Under the pieces are notes generated by a model. The model was not told the DNA's origin. It saw nothing but the letters and a program-made list of their open reading frames with translations, and ran no database searches. A DNA stretch of 64,000 nt from Macrostomum lignano (taxonomy: Eukaryota): the NCBI GenBank assembly GCA_002269645.1, contig NIVC01000224.1, forward strand, positions 348,781 through 412,780, read 5' to 3'. This document shows, piece after piece, positions 10,701-22,700 of this stretch. Position 1 is the stretch's first letter. Every line of letters begins with the position of its first letter. The translations under genes were made by a program, and so were the position numbers.

Positions 10701-13700
10701 CACTTTTACAGATGTTATTACAGACAATTACAGATGGTATTACAGATACCTACAGATGGTATTACAGATACTTACATACACTTACAGATGATATTACAGA
10801 TACTTACAGATAATACTACAGACACTTACAGATGATATTACAGATACTTACAGACACTTACAGATGATATTACAGATACTTACATACCCTTACAGATGGT
10901 ATTACAGATACTTACAGACACTTACAGTTGATATCACAGATATTTACAGAGACTTACAGATGATATTACAGATACTTACAGACACTTACAGATGATATTA
11001 CAGATACTTACAGACACTTACAGATGGTATTACAGATACTTACAGACACTTACAGTTGATATCACAGATATTTACAGAGACTTACAGATGATATTACAGA
11101 TACTTACAGACACTTACAGATGGTATTACAGATACTTACAGACACTTACAGTTGATATCACAGATACTTACAGACACTCAATAAAAAGTGTCCCATATTT
11201 CCATCATCATCCCGCTCAGGTGTACCAAATTCTGCTGCACATCCTGCCCCGCCTAGCCGCGTTCAATCCTGAGAAATTCTCAGAATTTTATCTGAACCAA
11301 ACCATGCAATTCCTGCTGGACGCTGTTAGGCGAGACAAACAGAAATCGCTAACTCTGCAAGCGATTGGCCTGGTAGCTCTGGTTGTCAAGGACGAGTTCG
11401 TACCCTATTTGAATAGCGTTATGCCTGTGGTGCGACAGATGTTGCCAAATAGAGATGCACCGCCGAAGTAAGTACTGAGTTATTGTTTAATTTATTTTAT
11501 TTGGGTTGTAGTGCGACTCGCGCAGTCATGAGGGCCAGCCCCCAACGCACCGAGGGTGTGTATGCGTGGCAATCAGACCGTCAGGGGCCGATGAACACCC
11601 TGTGTGAGCGTCTGTATGATTGCATGCCTGCGTACAGTATTGGCTAAATCCCTAATGCAATTCCTAATCCAATACCTAATTCAATCTCTAATCCGATCCT
11701 AGATCTAATACCTAATCCAATCCCTGATCTAATCCCTAATCTAATCCATAATCCAATCCTTGATCTCATACCTAATCCAATCCCTAATCCAATCCGTAAT
11801 CCAACACCTAATCGAATCTCTTATTCAATTCCTAATAGAATCCCTAATCCAATCCCTAATCCAATCCCTAATCCAATCCCTAATTCAATACCTAATCCAA
11901 TTCCTAATCGAATCCCTAATCGAATTCATTCAATCCCGAATCCTAGATCTTAAGATTTTTGAAAGCTTAATTCTACTTTCGTGGCGTGATAAAGCAGAAC
12001 TGAACCCAAAACTTGGTCATCTTATAGGGGGGGGGGGTTACAAGGGGGTGCTTGTAAGCCAGGTATTTACTTCAATCTGGTAAAAGATATAATTAAAAAA
12101 TTCAAATCGTCTTGTTTGTTTCTTAAAAAACCTTACAATTTTAGCATGTCAGCGCTGTCAGCCATTCAGCTGAAAATCAAGTAGGAGTTTAGTGTCTTAA
12201 ATTATCTTAACTTAACCTTTCCTATATATGCTAAGTATTATTAAAATGCTTTATTCAATTTGTGTTGTCTTTAGTTGTTAATAATATCTACACAAGTTCC
12301 ATATTAGATATGAATATATTATCTTATGCTTATAATCTATCCATATATATATCCCTAATATTTTCAGTACTTATATTCTAAATATAGCTGGAATCATTTC
12401 TGTTCTTTGCTGAAAATCAGGTGATTGTGACGGTTCTGTACTGAAAATCAGGTGATTGTGATTGTGATTGTGATGGTTCTGTACTGAAAATCAGGTGATT
12501 GTGATGGTTCTGTACTGAAAATCAGGTGATTGTGATTGTGATTGTGATGGTTCTGTACTGAAAATCAGGTGATTGTGATGGTTCTGTACTGAAAATCAGG
12601 TGATTGTGATGGTGATGGTTCTGTACTGAAAATCAGGTGATTGTGATTGTGATGGTTCTGTACTGAAAATCAGGTGATTGTGATGGTTCTGTACTGAAAA
12701 TCAGGTGATTGTGATGGTGATGGTTCTGTACTGAAAATCAGGTGATTGTGATGGTGATGGTTCTGTACTGAAAATCAGGTGATTGTGATGGTTCTGTACT
12801 GAAAATCAGGTGATTGTGATGGTGATGGTTCTGTACTGAAAATCAGGCGATTGTGATTGTGATGGTTCTGTACTGAAAATCAGGCGATTGTGATTGTGAT
12901 GGTTCTGTACTGAAAAGCATGTGATTGTGATGGTGATGGTTCTGTACTGAAAATCAGGTGATTGTGATTGTGATTGTGATTGTGACGGTTCTGTACTGAA
13001 AATCAGGTGATTGTGATGGTGATGGTTCTGTACTGAAAATCAGGCGATTGTGATTGTGATGGTTCTGTACTGAAAATCAGGTGATTGTGATGGTTCTGTA
13101 CTGAAAATCAGGTGATTGTGATTGTGATTGTGATGGTTCTGTACTGAAAATCAGGTGATTGTGATTGTGATTGTGATGGTTCTGTACTGAAAAGCAGGTG
13201 ATTGTGATGGTTCTGTACTGAAAATCAGGTGATTGTGATTGTGATTGTGATGGTTCTGTACTGAAAATCAGGTGATTGTGATTGTGATTGTGATGGTTCT
13301 GTACTGAAAATCAGGTGATTGTGATTGTGATGGTTCTGTACTGAAAAGCAGGTGATTGTGATGGTTCTGTACTGAAAATCAGGTGATTGTGATTGTGATT
13401 GTGATGGTTCTGTACTGAAAATCAGGTGATTGTGATTGTGATGGTTCTGTACTGAAAATCAGGTGATTGTGATTGTGATTGTGATTGTGATTGTGATTGT
13501 GATGGTTCTGCACTGAAAAGCAGATGATTGTGATTGTGATGGTTCTGTACTGTAAATCAGGTGATTGTGATTGTGATTGTGATTGTGATGGTTCTGCACT
13601 GAAAAGCAGATGATTGTGATTGTGATGGTTCTGTACTGAAAATCAGGTGATTGTGATTGTGATGGTTCTGCACTGAAAATCAGGTGATTGTGATTGTGAT

Positions 13701-16700
13701 TGTGATTGTGATGGTTCTGTACTGAAAATCAGGTGATTGTGATTGTGATGGTTCTGTACTGAAAAGCAGGTGATTGTGATTGTGATTGTGATGGTTCTGT
13801 ACTGAAAATCAGGTGATTGTGATTGTGATGGTTCTGTACTGAAAATCAGGTGATTGTGATTGTGATGGTTCTGTACTGAAAATCAGGTGATTGTGATTGT
13901 GATGGTTCTGTACTGAAAATCAGGTGATTGTGATTGTGATTGTGATGGTTCTGTACTGAAAATCAGGTGATTGTGATTGTGATTGTGATGGTTCTGTACT
14001 GAAAATCAGGTGATTGTGATTGTGATTGTGATTGTGATTGTGATGGTTCTGTACTGAAAATCAGGTGATTGTGATTGTGATTGTGATGGTTCTGTACTGA
14101 AAATCAGGTGATTGTGATTGTGATGGTTCTGTACTGAAAATCAGGTGATTGTGCTTGTGATGGTTCTGTACTGAAAATCAGGTGATTGTGATTGTGATTG
14201 TGATGGTTCTGTACTGAAAATCAGGTGATTGTGATTGTGATTGTGATTGTGATTGTGATTGTGACGGTTCTGTACTGAAAAGCAGATGATTGTGATTGTG
14301 ATGGTTCTGTACTGAAAAGCAGATGATTGTGATTGTGATGGTTCTGTACTAAAAAGCAGGTGATTGTGACGGTTCTGTACTGAAAAGCAGATGTTTCTTT
14401 TAGCGAGAGTAATTTGATACAATTTTTAAAGATTTTAAAATTTTATCATATTGTTTATTAGTGTAATTCTAATCTAATTTAAATTGATGTATTTTATCTT
14501 CTGTTTTATAAGCTAGAGTAATGATATTTCTCTGCTTGTTTATTTTATTATTTGCAACAGACAATTAATGTTTGTTTGTGTATGCTGTAGCTATATAGTT
14601 CATTTATTAAGAGTTGTGCCTCTGTTTAATGTTATATTATCGATACATGTATGATTAGTCTTTTTAAGCTACTACTTAATAAATTTTTATTAACCATTTT
14701 AGGAGTCGAACTTCGCTAATCGAATCCTCAGTATTCCTGTGCATCAGCCTGATTGCCAAATCCGTTGGCACACATTTGGAACGGGGCACTATGAAGGAGC
14801 TGCTAGATTCCATGTTTGCTAGTGGTCTCAGGTGAGCTTATTGTTATTCTGTCTTGTCAGGTGTTTTGGAATTCTCGTAGAACGTCTTCTGGTCTAACCT
14901 CATAGTCCTAGCTACTGTCAATCAGATATGGCGCTTTCAAATAAACTCATTTTCCTTCAGTTATGGCGCTTTCAAATAAACTCATTTTCCTTCAGATATG
15001 GCGCTTTCAAATAAACTCATTTTCCTTTAGATATGGCGCTTTCAAATAAACTCATTTTCCTTCAGTTATGGCGCTTTCAAATAAACTCATTTTCCTTCAG
15101 ATATGGCGCTTTCAAATAAACTCATTTTCCTTCAGCTCTGTGGCTTTCAAATAAACTCATTTTCCTTCAGCTCTGTGGCTTTCAAATAAACTCATTTTCC
15201 TTCAGATATGGCGCTTTCAAATAAACTCATTTTCCTTCAGATATGGCGCTTTCAAATAAACTCATTTTCCTTCAGATATGGCGCTTTCAAATAAACTAAT
15301 TTTCCTTCAGCTCTGTCGCTTTCAAATAAACTCATTTTCCTTCAGATATGGCGCTTTCAAATAAATTCGTTTTCCTTCAGCTCTGTGGCTTTCAAATGAA
15401 CTCATTTTCCTTCAGATATGGCGCTTTCAAATAAACTCATTTTCCTTCAGCTCTGTCGCTTTCAAATAAACTCATTTTCCTTCAGATATGGCGCTTTCAA
15501 ATAAACTCATTTTCCTTCAGATATGGCGCTTTCAAATAAACTCATTTTCCTTCAGATATGGTGCTTTCAAATAAACTAATTTTCCTTCACCTCTGTCGCT
15601 TTCAAATAAATTCATTTTCCTTTAGCTGTCACTTTTAAATAAACTCATTTTCTCTAGCTCTGTGGCTTTCAAGTAAACTCATTTTCCTCCAGCTCTGTCA
15701 CTTTCAAATAAACTCATTTTCCTCCAGCTCTGTCACTTTCAAATAAACTCATTTTCCTCCAGCTCTGTCACTTTCATATAAACTCATTTTCCTTCCGATA
15801 TCGCGCTTTCAATTGGACCCTGATCCAGTTACATAATTTTTTATGTTAATTGTTTTCAGTCCCGCACTGACCGAAGCCCTGAAGCAGCTGGCTCTGCAAA
15901 TACCAGCTCTAAAGAAGGATATTCAGGATGGCCTGTTAAAAATGCTCTCCCTAGTGCTCATGAACAAGCCATTGAGGCATCCGGCAGCCAGGATCTCCTC
16001 TACAATGATCTCGTCCGGTTCATTGGGTTCAAGCAGTTCCGATGTACCGCCAGATGCCACCAATATTGTGCTGGCACTGAGGACACTAGCTAATTTCGAT
16101 TTTGAAGGTTTTATTTTTTTAAAGTTGATTTTATGTAGCATCCCTGAAGCTTAATGTAGCATCCCTTAACTTTTATGTAGCATCCCTTAAGTTTTATGTA
16201 GCATCCCTGAAGCTTAATGTAGCATCCCTTAAGTTTTATGTTGCATCCCTGAAGCTTAATTTAGCATCCCTTAAGTTTTATGTTGCATCCCTGAAGCTTA
16301 ATGTAGCATCCCTTAAGCTTAATGTAGCATCCCTGAAGCTTAATGTAGCATCCCTGAAGCTTAATTTAGCATCCCTTAAGTTTTATGTAGCATCCCTGAA
16401 GCTTAATTTAGCATCCTTTAAGTTTTATGTAGCATCCCTGAAGCTTAATTTAGCATCCCTGAAGCTTAATTTAGCATCCCTGAAGCTTAATTTAGCATCC
16501 CTTAAGTTTTATGTAGCATCCCTGAAGCTTAATTTAGCATCCCTGAAGCTTAATGTAGCATCCCTGAAGCTTAATTTAGCATCCCTGAAGCTTAATTTAG
16601 CATCCCTGAAGCTTAATGTAGCATCCCTGAAGCTTAATTTAGCATCCCTGAAGCTTAATTTAGCATCCCTGAAGCTTAATTTAGCATCCCTGAAGCTTAA

Positions 16701-19700
16701 TTTAGCATCCCTGAAGCTTAATTTAGCATCCCTGAAGCTTAATTTAGCATCCCTGAAGCTTAATTTAGCATCCCTGAAGCTTAATTTAGCATCCCTGAAG
16801 CTTAATTTAGCATCCCTGAAGCTTAATTTAGCATCCCTGAAGCTTAATTTAGCATCCCTTAAGTTTTATGTAGCATCCCTGAAGCTTAATTTAGCATCCC
16901 TTAAGTTTTATGTAGCATCCCTGAAGCTTAATTTAGCATCCCTTAAGTTTTATGTAGCATCCCTGAAGCTTAATGTAGCATCCCTAAGTTTTATGTAGCA
17001 TCCCTGAAGCTTAATGTAGCATCCCTTAAGTTTTATGTAGCATCCCTGAAGCTTAATGTAGCATCCCTTAAGTTTTATGTAGCATCCCTGAAGCTTAATG
17101 TAGCATCCCTTAAGTTTTATGTTGCATCCCTGAAGCTTAATGTAGCATCCCTTAAGTTTTATGTTGCATCCCTGAAGCTTAATGTAGCATCCCTTAAGTT
17201 TTATGTAGCATCCCTGAAGCTTAATGTAGCATCCCTTAAGTTTTATGTAGTATCCCTGAAGCTTAATTTAGCATCCCTGAAGCTTAATTTAGCATCCCTT
17301 AAGTTTTATGTAGCATCCCTGAAGCTTAATTTAGCATCCCTTAAGTTTTATGTAGCATCCCTGAAGCTTAATGTAGCATCCCTTAAGTTTTATGTAGCAT
17401 CCCTGAAGCTTAATGTAGCATCCCTTAAGTTTTATGTAGCATCCCTGAAGCTTAATGTAGCATCCCTTAAGTTTTATGTAGCATCCCTGAAGCTTAATGT
17501 AGCATCCCTTAAGTTTTATGTAGCATCCCTGAAGCTTAATGTAGCATCCCTTAAGTTTTATGTAGCATCCCTGAAGCTTAATGTAGCATCCCTTAAGTTT
17601 TATGTAGCATCCCTGAAGCTTAATGTAGCATCCCTTAAGTTTTATGTAGCATCCCTGAAGCTTAATGTAGCATCCCTTAAGTTTTATGTAGCATCCCTGA
17701 AGCTTAATGTAGCATCCCTTAAGTTTTATGTAGCATCCCTGAAGCTTAATGTAGCATCCCTTAAGTTTTATGTTGCATCCCTGAAGCTTAATGTAGCATC
17801 CCTTAAGTTTTATGTTGCATCCCTGAAGCTTAATGTAGCATCCCTTAAGTTTTATGTAGCATCCCTGAAGCTTAATCTAGCATCCCTGAACCTTAATTTA
17901 GCATCCCTGAAGCTTAATTTAGCATCCCTGAAGCTAAATTTAGCATCCCTGAAGCTTAATTTAGCATCCCTGAAGCTTAATTTAGCATCCCTTAAGTTTT
18001 ATGTAGCATCCCTGAAGCTTAATGTAGCATCCCTTAAGTTTTATGTTGCATCCCTGAAGCTTAATTTAGCATCCCTTAAGTTTTATGTTGCATCCCTGAA
18101 GCTTAATGTAGCATCCCTTAAGCTTAATGTAGCATCCCTGAAGCTTAATGTAGCATCCCTGAAGCTTAATTTAGCATCCCTTAAGTTTTATGTAGCATCC
18201 CTGAAGCTTAATTTAGCATCCTTTAAGTTTTATGTAGCATCCCTGAAGCTTAATTTAGCATCCCTGAAGCTTAATTTAGCATCCCTGAAGCTTAATTTAG
18301 CATCCCTTAAGTTTTATGTAGCATCCCTGAAGCTTAATTTAGCATCCCTGAAGCTTAATGTAGCATCCCTGAAGCTTAATTTAGCATCCCTTAAGTTTTA
18401 TGTAGCATCCCTGAAGCTTAATGTAGCATCCCTTAAGTTTTATGTAGCATCCCTGAAGCTTAATGTAGCATCCCTTAAGTTTTATGTAGCATCCCTGAAG
18501 CTTAATGTAGCATCCCTTAAGTTTTATGTAGCATCCCTGAAGCTTAATGTAGCATCCCTTAAGTTTTATGTAGCATCCCTGAAGCTTAATGTAGCATCCC
18601 TTAAGTTTTATGTAGCATCCCTGAAGCTTAATGTAGCATCCCTTAAGTTTTATGTAGCATCCCTGAAGCTTAATGTAGCATCCCTTAAGTTTTATGTAGC
18701 ATCCCTGAAGCTTAATGTAGCATCCCTTAAGTTTTATGTAGCATCCCTGAAGCTTAATGTAGCATCCCTTAAGTTTTATGTAGCATCCCTGAAGCTTAAT
18801 GTAGCATCCCTTAAGTTTTATGTTGCATCCCTGAAGCTTAATGTAGCATCCCTTAAGTTTTATGTTGCATCCCTGAAGCTTAATTTAGCATCCCTTAAGT
18901 TTTATGTTGCATCCCTGAAGCTTAATGTAGCATCCCTTAAGCTTAATGTAGCATCCCTGAAGCTTAATGTAGCATCCCTGAAGCTTAATTTAGCATCCCT
19001 TAAGTTTTATGTAGCATCCCTGAAGCTTAATTTAGCATCCTTTAAGTTTTATGTAGCATCCCTGAAGCTTAATTTAGCATCCCTGAAGCTTAATTTAGCA
19101 TCCCTGAAGCTTAATTTAGCATCCCTTAAGTTTTATGTAGCATCCCTGAAGCTTAATGTAGCATCCCTTAAGTTTTATGTAGCATCCCTGAAGCTTAATC
19201 TAGCATCCCTGAACCTTAATTTAGCATCCCTGAAGCTTAATTTAGCATCCCTGAAGCTAAATTTAGCATCCCTGAAGCTTAATTTAGCATCCCTGAAGCT
19301 TAATTTAGCATCCCTTAAGTTTTATGTAGCATCCCTGAAGCTTAATGTAGCATCCCTTAAGTTTTATGTTGCATCCCTGAAGCTTAATTTAGCATCCCTT
19401 AAGTTTTATGTTGCTTCCCTGAAGCTTAATGTAGCATCCCTTAAGCTTAATGTAGCATCCCTGAAGCTTAATGTAGCATCCCTGAAGCTTAATTTAGCAT
19501 CCCTTAAGTTTTATGTAGCATCCCTGAAGCTTAATTTAGCATCCTTTAAGTTTTATGTAGCATCCCTGAAGCTTAATTTAGCATCCCTGAAGCTTAATTT
19601 AGCATCCCTGAAGCTTAATTTAGCATCCCTTAAGTTTTATGTTGCATCCCTGAAGCTTAATGTAGCATCCCTTAAGTTTTATGTTGCATCCCTGAAGCTT

Positions 19701-22700
19701 AATGTAGCATCCCTTAAGTTTTATGTAGCATCCCTGAAGCTTAATCTAGCATCCCTGAACCTTAATTTAGCATCCCTGAAGCTTAATTTAGCATCCCTGA
19801 AGCTAAATTTAGCATCCCTGAAGCTTAATTTAGCATCCCTGAAGCTTAATTTAGCATCCCTTAAGTTTTATGTAGCATCCCTGAAGCTTAATGTAGCATC
19901 CCTTAAGTTTTATGTTGCATCCCTGAAGCTTAATTTAGCATCCCTTAAGTTTTATGTTGCATCCCTGAAGCTTAATGTAGCATCCCTTAAGCTTAATGTA
20001 GCATCCCTGAAGCTTAATGTAGCATCCCTGAAGCTTAATTTAGCATCCCTTAAGTTTTATGTAGCATCCCTGAAGCTTAATTTAGCATCCTTTAAGTTTT
20101 ATGTAGCATCCCTGAAGCTTAATTTAGCATCCCTGAAGCTTAATTTAACATCCCTGAAGCTTAATTTAGCATCCCTTAAGTTTTATGTAGCATCCCTGAA
20201 GCTTAATTTAGCATCCCTGAAGCTTAATGTAGCATCCCTGAAGCTTAATTTAGCATCCCTGAAGCTTAATTTAGCATCCCTGAAGCTTAATTTAGCATCC
20301 CTGAAGCTTAATTTAGCATCCCTGAAGCTTAATTTAGCATCCCTGAAGCTTAATTTAGCATCCCTGAAGCTTAATTTAGCATCCCTGAAGCTTAATTTAG
20401 CATCCCTGAAGCTTAATTTAGCATCCCTGAAGCTTAATTTAGCATCCCTGAAGCTTAATTTAGCATCCCTGAAGCTTAATTTAGCATCCCTGAAGCTTAA
20501 TTTAGCATCCCTGAAGCTTAATTTAGCATCCCTTAAGTTTTATGTAGCATCCCTGAAGCTTAATTTAGCATCCCTTAAGTTTTATGTAGCATCCCTGAAG
20601 CTTAATTTAGCATCCCTTAAGTTTTATGTAGCATCCCTGAAGCTTAATGTAGCATCCCTTAAGTTTTATGTAGCATCCCTGAAGCTTAATGTAGCATCCC
20701 TTAAGTTTTATGTAGCATCCCTGAAGCTTAATGTAGCATCCCTTAAGTTTTATGTAGCATCCCTGAAGCTTAATGTAGCATCCCTTAAGTTTTATGTTGC
20801 ATCCCTGAAGCTTAATGTAGCATCCCTTAAGTTTTATGTTGCATCCCTGAAGCTTAATGTAGCATCCCTTAAGTTTTATGTAGCATCCCTGAAGCTTAAT
20901 TTAGCATCCCTTAAGTTTTATGTAGTATCCCTGAAGCTTAATTTAGCATCCCTGAAGCTTAATTTAGCATCCCTTAAGTTTTATGTAGCATCCCTGAAGC
21001 TTAATTTAGCATCCCTTAAGTTTTATGTAGCATCCCTGAAGCTTAATGTAGCATCCCTTAAGTTTTATGTAGCATCCCTGAAGCTTAATGTAGCATCCCT
21101 TAAGTTTTATGTAGCATCCCTGAAGCTTAATGTAGCATCCCTTAAGTTTTATGTAGCATCCCTGAAGCTTAATGTAGCATCCCTTAAGTTTTATGTAGCA
21201 TCCTGAAGCTTAATGTAGCATCCCTTAAGTTTTATGTAGCATCCCTGAAGCTTAATGTAGCATCCCTTAAGTTTTATGTAGCATCCCTGAAGCTTAATGT
21301 AGCATCCCTTAAGTTTTATGTAGCATCCCTGAAGCTTAATGTAGCATCCCTTAAGTTTTATGTAGCATCCCTGAAGCTTAATGTAGCATCCCTTAAGTTT
21401 TATGTAGCATCCCTGAAGCTTAATGTAGCATCCCTTAAGTTTTATGTTGCATCCCTGAAGCTTAATGTAGCATCCCTTAAGTTTTATGTTGCATCCCTGA
21501 AGCTTAATGTAGCATCCCTTAAGTTTTATGTAGCATCCCTGAAGCTTAATCTAGCATCCCTGAACCTTAATTTAGCATCCCTGAAGCTTAATTTAGCATC
21601 CCTGAAGCTAAATTTAGCATCCCTGAAGCTTAATTTAGCATCCCTGAAGCTTAATTTAGCATCCCTGAAGCTTAATTTAGCATCCCTGAAGCTTAATTTA
21701 GCATCCCTGAAGCTTAATTTAGCATCCCTGAAGCTTAATTTAGCATCCCTGAAGCTTAATTTAGCATCCCTGAAGCTTAATTTAGCATCCCTGAAGCTTA
21801 ATTTAGCATCCCTGAAGCTTAATTTAGCATCCCTGAAGCTTAATTTAGCATCCCTGAAGCTTAATTTAGCATCCCTGAAGCTTAATTTAGCATCCCTTAA
21901 GTTTTATGTAGCATCCCTGAAGCTTAATTTAGCATCCCTTAAGTTTTATGTAGCATCCCTGAAGCTTAATTTAGCATCCCTTAAGTTTTATGTAGCATCC
22001 CTGAAGCTTAATGTAGCATCCCTTAAGTTTTATGTAGCATCCCTGAAGCTTAATGTAGCATCCCTTAAGTTTTATGTAGCATCCCTGAAGCTTAATGTAG
22101 CATCCCTTAAGTTTTATGTAGCATCCCTGAAGCTTAATGTAGCATCCCTTAAGTTTTATGTAGCATCCCTGAAGCTTAATGTAGCATCCCTTAAGTTTTA
22201 TGTAGCATCCCTGAAGCTTAATGTAGCATCCCTTAAGTTTTATGTAGCATCCCTGAAGCTTAATGTAGCATCCCTTAAGTTTTATGTAGCATCCCTGAAG
22301 CTTAATGTAGCATCCCTTAAGTTTTATGTAGCATCCCTGAAGCTTAATGTAGCATCCCTTAAGTTTTATGTAGCATCCCTGAAGCTTAATGTAGCATCCC
22401 TTAAGTTTTATGTTGCATCCCTGAAGCTTAATGTAGCATCCCTTAAGTTTTATGTTGCATCCCTGAAGCTTAATGTAGCATCCCTTAAGTTTTATGTAGC
22501 ATCCCTGAAGCTTAATTAGCATCCCTGAACTTAATTTAGCATCCCTGAAGCTTAATTTAGCATCCCTGAAGCTTAATTTAGCATCCCTGAAGCTTAATTA
22601 GCATCCCTGAAGCTTAATTTAGCATCCCTTAAGTTTTATGTAGCATCCCTGAAGCTTAATGTAGCATCCCTTAAGTTTTATGTTGCATCCCTGAAGCTTA

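Noticed and set aside
11648-11945. Interstitial telomere (CCCTAA)
   Set aside because: CCCTAA never occurs in tandem; the unit is a 12-bp CCCTAATCCAAT-type repeat.
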